NCBI GenBank assembly: GCA_018816945.1
Contig: JAHIVC010000099.1
Location: forward strand, 128,554 to 192,553
Origin: Bacteroidota bacterium
GTDB taxonomy: Bacteria > Bacteroidota > Bacteroidia > Bacteroidales > GCA-2711565
Length of the DNA stretch: 64,000 bases
Reading direction: 5' to 3'
How positions within the stretch are numbered: position 1 is the stretch's first letter; each line of letters opens with the position of its first letter. Below are positions 19,746 to 29,845 of the stretch, one piece after another. The position numbers and the translations under genes were made by a program. Under the pieces are notes generated by a model that saw only the letters and a list, made by a program, of their open reading frames with translations, was not told the origin of the DNA and did not search any database.

Positions 19746-19975
19746 TGTTCCTAAATTTTAGGTTTTATCGAACGATTAACAATTTATAAAATAAATCAAA
19801 TCTCAAAGATAATATAAAAACCTAAAGCTTGGGGGTCACTGAAACGATTCTGCCGTGTAACTGTTTCTGATGAATTCACGTTAAAATTATCTATCACAGT
19901 CACAAAATAAATGGCAAACTAAGAACCTAAAATAAACTTAAATTAAATTGTTTATTGCGCTGATTTTTAATAACA

Positions 19976-21523
19976 TTGCAATTCATCTTTAAAATAGCTA
20001 ATACATTGAAAAAGATACAGAACGCATTAATTTCCGTATACAGTAAGGACGGATTAAAAGAGATTGTTGACAAATTAAACGGGCTTGGAATAAATATTTA
20101 TTCAACGGGGGGTACTTTCGACTTTATCCGGGAGCAGGGTATAAATGTAACAAGCGTCGAATCATTAACCGGATATCCCTCTATACTTGGTGGTCGTGTT
20201 AAAACACTTCACCCAAAAGTGTTTGGTGGAATATTGGGTAGGCGCGAGCAGGATGGGGATAGACAACAACTACTTGAATATGAAATTCCCGAAATTGATT
20301 TGGTCATTGTAGATCTTTATCCTTTTGAGAAAACAGTTGCATCGGGAGCCGACGAGCAAGAGATTATTGAAAAAATTGACATAGGGGGTATTTCGTTAAT
20401 TCGCGCCGCAGCGAAAAACTTTAACGATGTATTGATTATTTCAAATGTCGGACAATACAAAAACTTACTTAATCTTTTAATTGAAAAAGGTGGCGAAAGC
20501 TCTTTGCAGGACAGAAAAGAATTTGCCGTTCATGCATTTAATGTTTCTTCGCATTACGATACGGCTATTTTTAAATATTTTAATAAAAGTCAAAAACTAT
20601 CGGTTTTTAAACAAAGCATTACAGAAAATCGTAAACTTAGGTATGGTGAAAACCCGCATCAGAAAGCATTGTTTTTTGGAAACCTTTCTGAGGTTTTTGA
20701 ACAATTACATGGTAAAGAAGTTTCTTATAACAATTTGATAGACCTTGATGCAGCGATAAATCTTATTGCTGAGTTTTCAGAACCCTCCTTTGCGATATTA
20801 AAACACAACAATGCTTGCGGTTTGGCAAGCCGAAATTCATTGGTTAATGCCTGGAATGATACACTTGCTGCAGACCCCATTTCTGCCTTCGGCGGTGTTT
20901 TAATTACCAATCAGATTATTGATATAGAAAGTGCCGAAGAAATCAACAAATTATTTTTTGAAATAATTCTTGCTCCCGGCTATGAAAATAATGCACTTGA
21001 AGTACTAAAATCTAAGAAAAATAGAATAATTTTACAGAAGAAAGCGTTTGATTTTCCTGTAAAACAATTTAAATCGGCATTAAATGGCGTTTTGGTTCAA
21101 GATAAAGACTTGAAAACCGAAATTGCCGATAATTTTGAGGCTGTTACCTCAACTCGTCCATCTACCTCTGAGGTAGAAGATTTAGTATTTGCCAATAAAA
21201 TTGTTAAGCATACAAAATCAAATACCATTGTTTTGGTGAAAAATAAACAGCTTATTGCAAGTGGTGTTGGGCAAACATCCAGGGTAGATGCATTAAAGCA
21301 GGCAATTTTAAAAGCCGAAACTTTTGGATTTGATTTAAAAGGTGCCGTGATGGCTTCGGACGCATTTTTTCCTTTTGCTGATTCTGTTGAAATTGCTCAT
21401 AAAGCAGGGATCACAGCTGTTGTGCAACCGGGCGGCTCAGTAAGGGATAAAGATTCTGTTGACTTTTGTAACGAACACAAAATGTCGATGGTTTTTACAG
21501 GAATACGGCATTTTAAACACTAA
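19976..21523 (+). CDS. purH: Bifunctional IMP cyclohydrolase / AICAR formyltransferase PurH
   Basis: ALISVYSKDGL, GGRVKTLHPKVFGGIL and the C-terminal FTGIRHFKH are present. The real start is probably the in-frame TTG at 20006 ((M)KKIQNALISVY) rather than the TTG at 19976. Confidence 0.93.
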   Translation: MQFIFKIANTLKKIQNALISVYSKDGLKEIVDKLNGLGINIYSTGGTFDFIREQGINVTSVESLTGYPSILGGRVKTLHPKVFGGILGRREQDGDRQQLLEYEIPEIDLVIVDLYPFEKTVASGADEQEIIEKIDIGGISLIRAAAKNFNDVLIISNVGQYKNLLNLLIEKGGESSLQDRKEFAVHAFNVSSHYDTAIFKYFNKSQKLSVFKQSITENRKLRYGENPHQKALFFGNLSEVFEQLHGKEVSYNNLIDLDAAINLIAEFSEPSFAILKHNNACGLASRNSLVNAWNDTLAADPISAFGGVLITNQIIDIESAEEINKLFFEIILAPGYENNALEVLKSKKNRIILQKKAFDFPVKQFKSALNGVLVQDKDLKTEIADNFEAVTSTRPSTSEVEDLVFANKIVKHTKSNTIVLVKNKQLIASGVGQTSRVDALKQAILKAETFGFDLKGAVMASDAFFPFADSVEIAHKAGITAVVQPGGSVRDKDSVDFCNEHKMSMVFTGIRHFKH

Positions 21524-21563
21524 CAAAACTGATTGATTTTTCACCATTCTAAAATTACAAAAT

Positions 21564-22586
21564 ATGGGCCTGTTCTCATTTTTAACAAAAGAAATCGCCA
21601 TCGACCTTGGTACTGCGAATACTATTATTATTTATAACGACAAGGTAGTGGTTGATGAACCTTCGATAGTGGCGATTGAAAGAAATACGGGAAAGATTAT
21701 TGCAGTAGGCAAAAAGGCAATGATGATGCACGGGAAAACACACGAGAACATTAAAACCATTAGACCATTGCGTGATGGTGTTATTGCCGATTTCCAGTCA
21801 GCCGAATTTATGATTAGGGAATTTATCAAAATGATTAACACCAAGAAAACCTGGTTCCCTCCTGCATTGAAGATGGTTATTTGTATTCCTTCGGGAATTA
21901 CCGAAGTTGAAGAGCGTGCAGTTAAAGATTCGGCAGAACAAGCCGGTGCAAAAGATGTAAAACTTATACATGAGCCAATGGCCGCTGCCATAGGTATAGG
22001 AATTGACGTATTAGAACCTACCGGAAATATGGTCATTGATATTGGTGGTGGAACTAGTGAAATTGCGGTTATTGCCCTTGGAGGAATTGTAAACAATAAA
22101 TCGATTAGAATTGCCGGTGATGATTTTAATGCAGATATTGAAGAATACATGCGAAAGCAACATAACATCATCATTGGAGAACGAACTGCTGAAAGAATAA
22201 AAATTGAAGTAGGGGCAGCAATGCCTGATATCGAAAATCCACCGGATGATTATGCGGTTCACGGACGGGACATGTTAACCGGGATACCCAAAGAAATTAA
22301 AGTTAATTCAGCAGAAATTGCAAGGGCACTTGATAAATCTATTTCAAAAATTGAGGCGGCCGTATTAAATGCCCTGGAAATGACCCCACCTGAATTATCA
22401 GCAGATATTTACAGAACCGGCATTTATCTTGCCGGAGGAGGTTCTATGTTAAGGGGGCTTGATAAACGCCTGCACCTAAAAACCAAATTACCCGTTCACG
22501 TTGCCGAAGATCCTTTGAGGGCGGTTGCTCGTGGAACAGGAATAGCTTTGAAAAATTTTGATAAATTTACTTTCTTGATTAGGTAA
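21564..22586 (+). CDS. mreB: Rod-shape-determining protein MreB
   Basis: It has the actin-fold motifs IAIDLGTANT and DIGGGTSEIAV and is 340 aa long. Confidence 0.96.
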   Translation: MGLFSFLTKEIAIDLGTANTIIIYNDKVVVDEPSIVAIERNTGKIIAVGKKAMMMHGKTHENIKTIRPLRDGVIADFQSAEFMIREFIKMINTKKTWFPPALKMVICIPSGITEVEERAVKDSAEQAGAKDVKLIHEPMAAAIGIGIDVLEPTGNMVIDIGGGTSEIAVIALGGIVNNKSIRIAGDDFNADIEEYMRKQHNIIIGERTAERIKIEVGAAMPDIENPPDDYAVHGRDMLTGIPKEIKVNSAEIARALDKSISKIEAAVLNALEMTPPELSADIYRTGIYLAGGGSMLRGLDKRLHLKTKLPVHVAEDPLRAVARGTGIALKNFDKFTFLIR

Positions 22587-22634
22587 TCAAAGAGCTGTGC
22601 TTTTAACAGTTTTACATTAATGAACTAGCTAAAA

Positions 22635-23447
22635 ATGCGATATTTATTTGCTTTTCTTAGGAAGAACAATATCTTTTTTCTGTTTTTATTTCTGGAAATC
22701 ATCGCGATTGTTTTAATGACTAAAAACAGAACATTTAGCGGTTCTGTTATTCTCAATAGTACCAGCCAATTTTCAGGTTCTCTTAATAAAAGCTATTCCG
22801 GCATAATTGATTATTTTGATTTGAAAAAACAAAATGAATTCTTGGTTCAGGAAAACGCTTATCTTAAAAATTCGATTATTCAGATCAATAATACACACTA
22901 TACAATAATACCTCCCGATACGATTTATCAATATATTGTAGCAAAAGTTATTTCTAATTCGATCCATAAGGCTGATAATTATCTGATGCTTGATAAAGGG
23001 AAGAGGCATGGGATTAAAATAGATATGCCTATCATATCAGATCAGGGAATTGTTGGTTCAGTTGTTGCTGTTTCCGAAAACTTCTGCTCTGTAATGTCGG
23101 TGCTGCATAAAGACAGTAAGATTAGCGCTAAAATTAAAAAAAACAATCAACTGGCCAATATTCTTTGGGACAACATGGACTACCAAAGAGGCACCCTGGC
23201 AGATATTCCGTCTCATATTGATCTTCGCGTTGGGGACACCATAATAACTTCCGGACATTCTTTAATCTACCCCGAAGGAATTATGATTGGAGTCGCAGAA
23301 AATTACAATACTCTTACCGGATCCGGTTTAAATTCAGCAGTAATTAAGTTTTCTACTGATTTTAACAGCTTAAAATATGTTTATGCAGTGCAAAATTCCC
23401 ATCTGGAAGAAATGCTTTTATTAAAAAAGGAGGTGGAAAATGACTAG
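22635..23447 (+). CDS. mreC: Rod-shape-determining protein MreC
   Basis: It lies after mreB and has an N-terminal TM segment, a coiled region (ENAYLKN) and a beta-rich C-terminal domain (GIVGSVVAVS). Confidence 0.85.
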   Translation: MRYLFAFLRKNNIFFLFLFLEIIAIVLMTKNRTFSGSVILNSTSQFSGSLNKSYSGIIDYFDLKKQNEFLVQENAYLKNSIIQINNTHYTIIPPDTIYQYIVAKVISNSIHKADNYLMLDKGKRHGIKIDMPIISDQGIVGSVVAVSENFCSVMSVLHKDSKISAKIKKNNQLANILWDNMDYQRGTLADIPSHIDLRVGDTIITSGHSLIYPEGIMIGVAENYNTLTGSGLNSAVIKFSTDFNSLKYVYAVQNSHLEEMLLLKKEVEND

Positions 23448-23952
23448 GCATATTGTTACCAATCTATTCCGCTTCATCATTCTTGTATTATTACAAATAT
23501 TTGTATTTAATCAATTTCAACTTATGGGTTTTATCAATCCATATGTGTATATCTTGTTCATTTTATTACTTCCGATTGAAACACCAAGGTGGTTATTATT
23601 GGTTTTAGGATTTGTTCTTGGTTATGTGATCGATTATTTTTCACATTCGATTGGGATAAATATTTTTTCGACAGTATTGGTAGCTTACTTAAGACCGGTA
23701 TTTATCAGGTATGTCATCCCAAAACTAGAACCTGGGCCCGATGTAAAAATTAGTATTAAACAAATCGGATTCAATTCATTTTTAACCTATACCGGTATTT
23801 TAGTGTTCATTCATCATTTTACCTTGTTTTTTCTTGAAATATTTAGATTCTCTTATTTTTTTAATACCCTGACACATGCAATTTTAAGTTCTGTTTTTAC
23901 CATTATTCTGATTTTGATAAGTCAATATCTTTTTTATTCGCGCAAAAAATAA
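23440..23952 (+). CDS. mreD: Rod-shape-determining protein MreD
   Basis: It is a 170-aa polytopic membrane protein that overlaps the mreC stop by 8 nt, in the conserved mreBCD position. Confidence 0.75.
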   Translation: MTRHIVTNLFRFIILVLLQIFVFNQFQLMGFINPYVYILFILLLPIETPRWLLLVLGFVLGYVIDYFSHSIGINIFSTVLVAYLRPVFIRYVIPKLEPGPDVKISIKQIGFNSFLTYTGILVFIHHFTLFFLEIFRFSYFFNTLTHAILSSVFTIILILISQYLFYSRKK

Positions 23953-23983
23953 TAGTTCGATTTTGATATATTTATGCTTTTAT

Positions 23984-23991
23984 TAGCTTTG
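23984..23991 (+). promoter_or_regulatory. Candidate -7 promoter element (TAnnTTTG) for the TlpA-like gene
   Basis: The sequence tagctttg lies 60 nt upstream of the ATG at 24051. Confidence 0.35.
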
Positions 23992-24050
23992 CATACTATA
24001 TTTCAATTTATCAAGCTGCATACAATCAATTAAAACTAAATAAAAGTCCT

Positions 24051-25154
24051 ATGAAAAAATTATTCTATTTATTACTTATTATTCTGGCAGTAGCCTCTTG
24101 TACAATGCAACCAACTAAAAAAACAGCCTATTCAATCAGTGTAAATTTACAAGGATTGAATGAAGGAACTGTATATTTACAAAAACGCGTTAGCGGTGAA
24201 ACGATAAAACTTGATTCTGCTGATGCTGCTACTCCAATTTTGTTTAATGGAAATATCGAAATGGCCGAAATGTATTCTATAGGCATTAAAGATAAGCGCG
24301 GAAGCATTCCGGTTTTTGTTGAAGCAGCAGATATTAATATTATCGGTCATATAGATAGCCTGAGACAAGCAATAATTACCGGATCTCCGGCACATGATGA
24401 ATATGATGCTTTTAATAAGCAGTTCAATATCTTTGATGAACGTCTTCGAAAAATATATGGTGATTACCGAACGGCCGATCAAGAACAAAATGAAGAATTA
24501 AAAGGACAACTTGAAAAACAAATGGAAGCGATTCAGGTTGAACAAGTTGAATTTACTTATAAATATGTTTCAGAGAATAAAGCAAGTATTGTTTCTTCTT
24601 TTATAGCTTATCAAAACAATTATGATTTTGAACTTACTCAGCTCGATTCTATTGCTTCCGGATTTGATCCCTCAATCAATTCATCGGTATATGTTCAACT
24701 TTTAAAAGAAAGAGTAGCCACACTTCAATCGGTAGCCATTGGTAAAAAATACATTGATTTTACAATGAATAATACCGAGGATGTACCTGTTCAGTTTTCA
24801 TCGCTCATCAAAGGAAAATATACCCTGATTGATTTCTGGGCTGCATGGTGTGGACCTTGCAGGGGAGAAAATCCAAATGTTGTTGCCGTTTATAATGATT
24901 ATAAAGACAAAGGCTTCGACGTTATCGGGATATCACTTGATCAAAGCAAAGACAAATGGCTTGAGGCTATTGAGGCTGATAAATTAACATGGAACCATTT
25001 ATCCGATTTAAAATATTGGAACAGTGCTGCCGCTAAATTATATGGTGTTAATTCAATTCCTCACAGTATTTTAATCGATGGCGAAGGGATTATTATTGCC
25101 AAAAATTTAAGAGCTGAAGAATTAAGGAAAAAAATATCGGAATTGTTGGATTAG
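24051..25154 (+). CDS. TlpA-family thiol:disulfide oxidoreductase lipoprotein (DUF4369 N-domain plus thioredoxin fold)
   Basis: It has the lipobox VASC, the active site WAAWCGPC, and the AhpC/TSA-like string IGISLD. Confidence 0.87.
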   Translation: MKKLFYLLLIILAVASCTMQPTKKTAYSISVNLQGLNEGTVYLQKRVSGETIKLDSADAATPILFNGNIEMAEMYSIGIKDKRGSIPVFVEAADINIIGHIDSLRQAIITGSPAHDEYDAFNKQFNIFDERLRKIYGDYRTADQEQNEELKGQLEKQMEAIQVEQVEFTYKYVSENKASIVSSFIAYQNNYDFELTQLDSIASGFDPSINSSVYVQLLKERVATLQSVAIGKKYIDFTMNNTEDVPVQFSSLIKGKYTLIDFWAAWCGPCRGENPNVVAVYNDYKDKGFDVIGISLDQSKDKWLEAIEADKLTWNHLSDLKYWNSAAAKLYGVNSIPHSILIDGEGIIIAKNLRAEELRKKISELLD

Positions 25155-25174
25155 CCTCTAATCGCATAATAAAT

Positions 25175-25206
25175 AAAAAAAGCCGAAATGTATCGGCTTT
25201 TTTTTA
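25175..25206. terminator. Bidirectional Rho-independent terminator between the convergent tlpA-like and lutB-like genes
   Basis: The sequence is aaaaaagccga-aatgta-tcggcttttttt: a 6-bp GC-containing stem extended by A/T runs on both sides. Confidence 0.7.
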
Positions 25207-26589
25207 TTCTGTTTCGTGGTCCTTTGATTCTTTCCACATTTTATTGAATGATTTTTCTTTAATTTTAGGTAATTCGCGATGCGTACCCCATGTCTTTTTA
25301 AAGAAATTTTTAATAAATAAGTTTTTTCTATTTCCGCTAAACATATCCATCCGCTTACGGGTTGACATGGTTCTTTTCCAAACTTTGATAAAAAACTTAT
25401 CCTTACCACTGTAAAATTTACTTTTTACAGAGTCATTTCTATTTACCAATAATAATTCGTGAAGCGGTATTTTTACCGGACAAACTTCTGTACATTTTCC
25501 ACATAATGAAGAAGCAAAACTTTGATGTTTGTATTCTTCCATATCAAGTAAAAAAGGATTGCTCACAGCTCCAATAGGGCCGCTATAAGTTGTATTATAA
25601 GTATGGCCCCCAATATTCTTATACACAGGGCAGGCATTTAAACAAGCACCACATTTAATACACGACAATGCCCTTCGCTGACGATCCTGGGCCAATAAAT
25701 TTGTTCGGTTATTATCGAGTAAAATGACGTACATTTTTTTGGGGCCATCAACTTCACCTGTTTTACGAGGCCCGGTTACAATTGAATTATAAACTGAAAT
25801 GTTTTGTCCGGTACCATGTGTTGATAATAATGGCCAAAACAAATCCAAATCTGTAAAACGAGGTATAAATTTTTCAATTCCTGCAATTACAATATGTATT
25901 TTAGGAAAAGACATAGTCATCATTCCGTTACCTTCATTTTCGGTCAGAGCAATTCCGCCAATATCAGGTATTAAAAAATTTGCACCGCTCACGCCAAGGT
26001 CGGCTTCAATAAACTTTTCCTTTAATAAATTCCTTACAAAAGCCGTTAATTCCTCAGGGCTTGAATTCAAATCAGTATTAAATTTTTCATTGAAAAGTTG
26101 GGCAATATCTTCCTTCGATTTATGCATCGCAGGTGTTACAATATGGTATGGCTTTTCACCGGCAAGCTGAACAATATATTCTCCTAAGTCAGTTTCAAGT
26201 GCATTTATTTTTTTCTTTTCAAGGGCTTCATTCAAATCAATTTCTTCGGTAGTCATTGATTTGGTTTTCACAACAGTTTTAATCTTGTTTTCTTTAACAA
26301 TATCCAGAATTTCTTTAAGTGCTTCTTTTTTATCCTGTGCCCAAATTACCTTCCCTCCATTGGCCGTAAATTTATCTTCAAACTGAATTAAATATTTATC
26401 CAGATCGTTGATTACTTTATATTTTAAGAACCCGGCACGGTTTTTTGCTTTTTCAATGTTTTTATATTGATTTTTTCCATTACTAACAGCAAAATCATAC
26501 TTTGAAATATTGAAATTAATCTTTCTTCTGTGTTCCAGATCGAAAGCTTTAATTCCTGATTCTTTAATAAAAAGATTATATGCGTCCAA
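25204..26589 (-). CDS. LutB/LldF-type iron-sulfur lactate-utilisation protein (LUD domain plus 2x[4Fe-4S])
   Basis: Cys clusters are CIKCGACLNACPV and CGKCTEVCPV, with a LUD/DUF162-like region upstream. No lutA or lutC lies adjacent. Confidence 0.75.
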   Translation of the reverse strand: MDAYNLFIKESGIKAFDLEHRRKINFNISKYDFAVSNGKNQYKNIEKAKNRAGFLKYKVINDLDKYLIQFEDKFTANGGKVIWAQDKKEALKEILDIVKENKIKTVVKTKSMTTEEIDLNEALEKKKINALETDLGEYIVQLAGEKPYHIVTPAMHKSKEDIAQLFNEKFNTDLNSSPEELTAFVRNLLKEKFIEADLGVSGANFLIPDIGGIALTENEGNGMMTMSFPKIHIVIAGIEKFIPRFTDLDLFWPLLSTHGTGQNISVYNSIVTGPRKTGEVDGPKKMYVILLDNNRTNLLAQDRQRRALSCIKCGACLNACPVYKNIGGHTYNTTYSGPIGAVSNPFLLDMEEYKHQSFASSLCGKCTEVCPVKIPLHELLLVNRNDSVKSKFYSGKDKFFIKVWKRTMSTRKRMDMFSGNRKNLFIKNFFKKTWGTHRELPKIKEKSFNKMWKESKDHETE

Positions 26590-26590
26590 T

Positions 26591-27052
26591 TTAATTTGTT
26601 TTTGAAATTTTTTCTACCCTGATAAGATGTCGTCCTCCTTCAAAGTCGGTTGTAAGAAATTTAATCACCATTTCAAGTGCTAATTTTTCCTCAACAAAAC
26701 GACCTGGTATAGAAATGATATTAGCGTTGTTATGCTGTCGAATTAAACTTGCCTGCTCTACTGTCCAGCATAAACCTGCTCTTACGTTTGCATATTTATT
26801 AGCGGTCATTTGAGCACCGTTTCCACTACCACATAATATAATACCTAACCTAAATTCTCCGGCATTAATTGATTTAGCAAGTGGATGAATCATATCAGGA
26901 TAATCCACACTATAATTTGAGTACGTACCCATATCCTTTATATTATAACCCGCTTCTATTAATTTCTTTTTTAAATATTCTTTCATTTCAAATCCACCAT
27001 GATCTGAAGCAATAGGTATCGTACTTGTCTTATTTATCATTGTTAATAACAA
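26591..27052 (-). CDS. rpiB: Ribose-5-phosphate isomerase B
   Basis: IASDHGGFEMKEYL and ILCGSGNGAQMTANK are present and the length is 153 aa. Confidence 0.9.
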   Translation of the reverse strand: MLLTMINKTSTIPIASDHGGFEMKEYLKKKLIEAGYNIKDMGTYSNYSVDYPDMIHPLAKSINAGEFRLGIILCGSGNGAQMTANKYANVRAGLCWTVEQASLIRQHNNANIISIPGRFVEEKLALEMVIKFLTTDFEGGRHLIRVEKISKTN

Positions 27053-27590
27053 TTATCTACAAATGTACTTAAAAAATCAGGCATGAATATTATTAGCTTC
27101 ATAATTAGCCTATTAATTAATTGATAAATTTAGTTTGATTTTCTACTATTCTAATTTTCAATTTGATGTCATTTATGAACAAAAAAAAGTTCATTTCTAT
27201 GGTTTGTTGTTATTAAATAACTAACAAAAAACCAGTAATTAACAATTCAAAAATCAAATCATATAAAACTAACAGATATGGTAAAATTTTGAAAATTTAT
27301 TATACTATTATCAACCTAAAATATTACTAAAATTAAACTCATTTTATTAACAATATTAAAAATTAACAACTGTTAATATCTATTATAAGTTTTTATTTAT
27401 CAATTAACTGAATTAAACATACATCATTATAATATGTTAATTAAACTGTAAAAATATATTTGTCAAGTTATAGTTAAAAAACTTTTTAGTCTTATTAACA
27501 AATCTATATAATTACCATAAAAATTATTTTAAAATTTATATAATATATTATAAAGACTTATAAATATAAAACACTGTTCATTAAAAAATA

Positions 27591-27598
27591 TATTTTTG
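27591..27598 (+). promoter_or_regulatory. Candidate -7 promoter element (TAnnTTTG) for nadA
   Basis: The sequence tatttttg lies 41 nt upstream of the ATG at 27639. Confidence 0.3.
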
Positions 27599-27638
27599 CA
27601 TTGTTATGAAACGATCATGTTCGATTAAGTAAAAAAAA

Positions 27639-28574
27639 ATGAAATTAATTGAAGAAATAAATAGGTTAAAAGAAGAAAAAAATGCGATAATTTTGGCTCA
27701 TTATTATCAAATTCCGGAAATACAAGATATCGCCGATTTTGTGGGTGATAGTCTTGGCCTTGCACAAAAAGCAACAACAACTGATGCAAAGTTAATTGTT
27801 TTTGCCGGAGTACATTTTATGGCAGAAACAGCAAAAATATTAAATCCATACACAAAAGTTGTTTTACCCGATTTAAATGCCGGATGTTCTTTAGCTGATT
27901 CTTGTCCACCAGGGGATTTTGAATTTTTTAAAAAAAAATATCCTGAGCATATGGTAATTTCTTATATAAATTGTTCAGCTGAAATAAAAACAATGTCCGA
28001 CATAATTTGCACATCGGGCAACGCGGTTCAAATTGTAAATTCGTTACCAAAAGATCAAAAAATTATTTTTGCACCGGATAAAAATTTAGGAGGATATATT
28101 AACAATATTTCGGGTAGAAAGATGATATTATGGAATGGTACCTGTGAGGTACATGATATTTTATCTACCGAAGCTATTATTAATTTGAAAATTCAACATC
28201 CGGATGCTAAATTAATTGCTCATCCTGAATGTAAAGGTCAGGTCTTGGCATTGGCCGATTTTATTGGTTCTACAAATGCTATGCTTAATTTTACAAAATC
28301 AGACACAAATAAAAAGTATATTGTAGCAACAGAAAGTGGCATTTTACATCAAATGCAGAAAGATTCGCCTGATAAAGAATTTATTATTGTGCCAACAGAT
28401 GAAACCTGCTCTTGTAATAATTGCCCTTATATGAAGTTAAATACAATGGAAAAACTGTATTTATGTTTAAAAAATGAAAAACCAGAAATATTATTATCAG
28501 AAGAACTTATTAATAAAGCAAAGTTACCTATTTTAAAAATGCTGGATATATCTAAGAAACTGAACATTATTTAA
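27639..28574 (+). CDS. nadA: Quinolinate synthase NadA
   Basis: ILAHYYQ and VHFMAETAKIL are present, along with three conserved Cys contexts (AGCSLADSC, CSAE..CTS, CPYMK). Confidence 0.92.
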   Translation: MKLIEEINRLKEEKNAIILAHYYQIPEIQDIADFVGDSLGLAQKATTTDAKLIVFAGVHFMAETAKILNPYTKVVLPDLNAGCSLADSCPPGDFEFFKKKYPEHMVISYINCSAEIKTMSDIICTSGNAVQIVNSLPKDQKIIFAPDKNLGGYINNISGRKMILWNGTCEVHDILSTEAIINLKIQHPDAKLIAHPECKGQVLALADFIGSTNAMLNFTKSDTNKKYIVATESGILHQMQKDSPDKEFIIVPTDETCSCNNCPYMKLNTMEKLYLCLKNEKPEILLSEELINKAKLPILKMLDISKKLNII

Positions 28575-28610
28575 TAATATTCGTACTAAAGATTTTATAT
28601 AAATCAATCA

Positions 28611-29159
28611 TTGGAAAAGATGAAAAAGTATTTTATAAACTTTGTGTCTATAGGTGTAATTGTTTTTTTATTTACTTCATGTTCGAATAAAATATATTTT
28701 ACCAATGAAATGAGAATTAAACTGGATGAGTATGATCTTGAAATTGGTAAAGTGCAATTTTATAATTCGAATAAAATAGTTTTTAAGAGAGTATTACCTT
28801 ATGATTCGGCCGCTATAGCAAATGGTGCCATTAAATTTGAAAATGGAAAATTGATTAACAGTATTATAATTAAAAAAAACACACCCGGCACTTGCGAATT
28901 TGTTGAAGACGGTTTGTTAAATATGACTTTTGAAGACGGGGATAATAAATATCTTATTTTTAAAACCGGTTTTAATGGCAAATATTATGAGTTGCTTGTA
29001 AATCGGGATTTAAAAAATTTTGGCCAAATAGTTTATGATAACGAGAATTATACGATTCAACGGGGAAGTGAAAAAGCCAAATTGCTGGTTAAAAAAGATC
29101 AGGATTATATTTTAAGAGCTCAACAAAGAGTAGTAAAAGGAAAAAAAGTAGCAAAATAA
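28611..29159 (+). CDS. Hypothetical lipoprotein
   Basis: It has a signal peptide with the lipobox FTSC. The likely start is the ATG at 28620 (MKKYFINF). I recognise no family. Confidence 0.5.
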   Translation: MEKMKKYFINFVSIGVIVFLFTSCSNKIYFTNEMRIKLDEYDLEIGKVQFYNSNKIVFKRVLPYDSAAIANGAIKFENGKLINSIIIKKNTPGTCEFVEDGLLNMTFEDGDNKYLIFKTGFNGKYYELLVNRDLKNFGQIVYDNENYTIQRGSEKAKLLVKKDQDYILRAQQRVVKGKKVAK

Positions 29160-29201
29160 TAGTTCTAAATATTACATAAAACAATTAACAAAGGAGGAGT
29201 A

Positions 29202-29783
29202 ATGATTAAGAAGTTTATGATTGTATTTTTTATATCAGCATTATTTGTTTCATGCGCAAATCAAACACAAAAGGCAGAAAGCGAAACCGATGAGCTTGCT
29301 GCGATAACAGAATTACATGTAGATGATTTTGATATTATGGCCGCTGATTTAGTGGGCAAGGAAATTGCATTAACCGGAACGGTTAATCATGTTTGTGAAC
29401 ATGGAGGTAAAAAAATGTTTTTAGTTGAAGAAAGATCTGAAGCTTCAGTAAAAATTACACCCGATGAATCAATGGCTGCATTTAATACAAATTTGGTTGG
29501 AAGTGTTATAAAAGTTGAGGGCACAATTGAGGAATTTATTATTGACGAAGAATATTTGTTAAAATGGGAAAGCGAATTGAAGTCGGCTAACGCTGAAGGT
29601 GCCGGTGACGGACATGGAGTTGGCAAGGGTGAAGCCGCAGATATGGGAGAGCATGTTGCTGCTGCCGAAAGCATCGCTAACTACAGAAAACAAATAGCAG
29701 AAAACGAAAAAGGTTATTTGGCTTTCTATTCAATTGTTTGTAAAAATTATGAAATGATTAAAGCTAAAGAAAAAGAAGAATAA
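29202..29783 (+). CDS. Hypothetical lipoprotein with a Gly/Asp/His/Ala-rich segment
   Basis: It has the lipobox FVSC and a good RBS-like aaaggagg 5-12 nt upstream. An internal low-complexity stretch reads AEGAGDGHGVGKGEAADMGEH. Confidence 0.55.
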   Translation: MIKKFMIVFFISALFVSCANQTQKAESETDELAAITELHVDDFDIMAADLVGKEIALTGTVNHVCEHGGKKMFLVEERSEASVKITPDESMAAFNTNLVGSVIKVEGTIEEFIIDEEYLLKWESELKSANAEGAGDGHGVGKGEAADMGEHVAAAESIANYRKQIAENEKGYLAFYSIVCKNYEMIKAKEKEE

Positions 29784-29800
29784 AAAATGGTTATTCCTAA

Positions 29801-29828
29801 AGCCGGAAAATCTTCCGGCTTTTTATTT
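29801..29828 (+). terminator. Rho-independent terminator
   Basis: The hairpin is agccggaa-aatc-ttccggct (8-bp stem, 4-nt loop) followed by ttttatttt. Confidence 0.8.
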
Positions 29829-29845
29829 TAAATTACGTTAAGTTT

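Noticed and set aside
19746-20005. A possible ZTP (pfl) or purine riboswitch upstream of purH, because the region contains gggggtcactgaaacg and purH is a classic ZTP-regulated gene.
   Set aside because: I could not find the conserved 3' sub-domain (CCGCCTGGGC-like) or a convincing pseudoknot partner. The resemblance is limited to a short G-rich word. An Infernal scan with RF01750 would settle it.
21632-22174. Long antisense ORFs in the track. Examples are 21632..22174 opposite mreB, 37711..38178 opposite atpF, 32144..32542 opposite the DUF3109 gene, 25799..26170, 36443..36838 and 5277..5621.
   Set aside because: Each lies entirely within a confidently identified gene on the other strand. Their composition is low-complexity or skewed (Ser/Ile/Phe-rich), and they lack recognisable motifs and plausible start contexts. 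They are shadow ORFs.
27053-27638. A chromosomal replication origin in the long AT-rich spacer.
   Set aside because: No DnaA-box-like TTATCCACA / TGTGGATAA words are seen, and there is no dnaA or dnaN nearby. AT-richness alone is insufficient.
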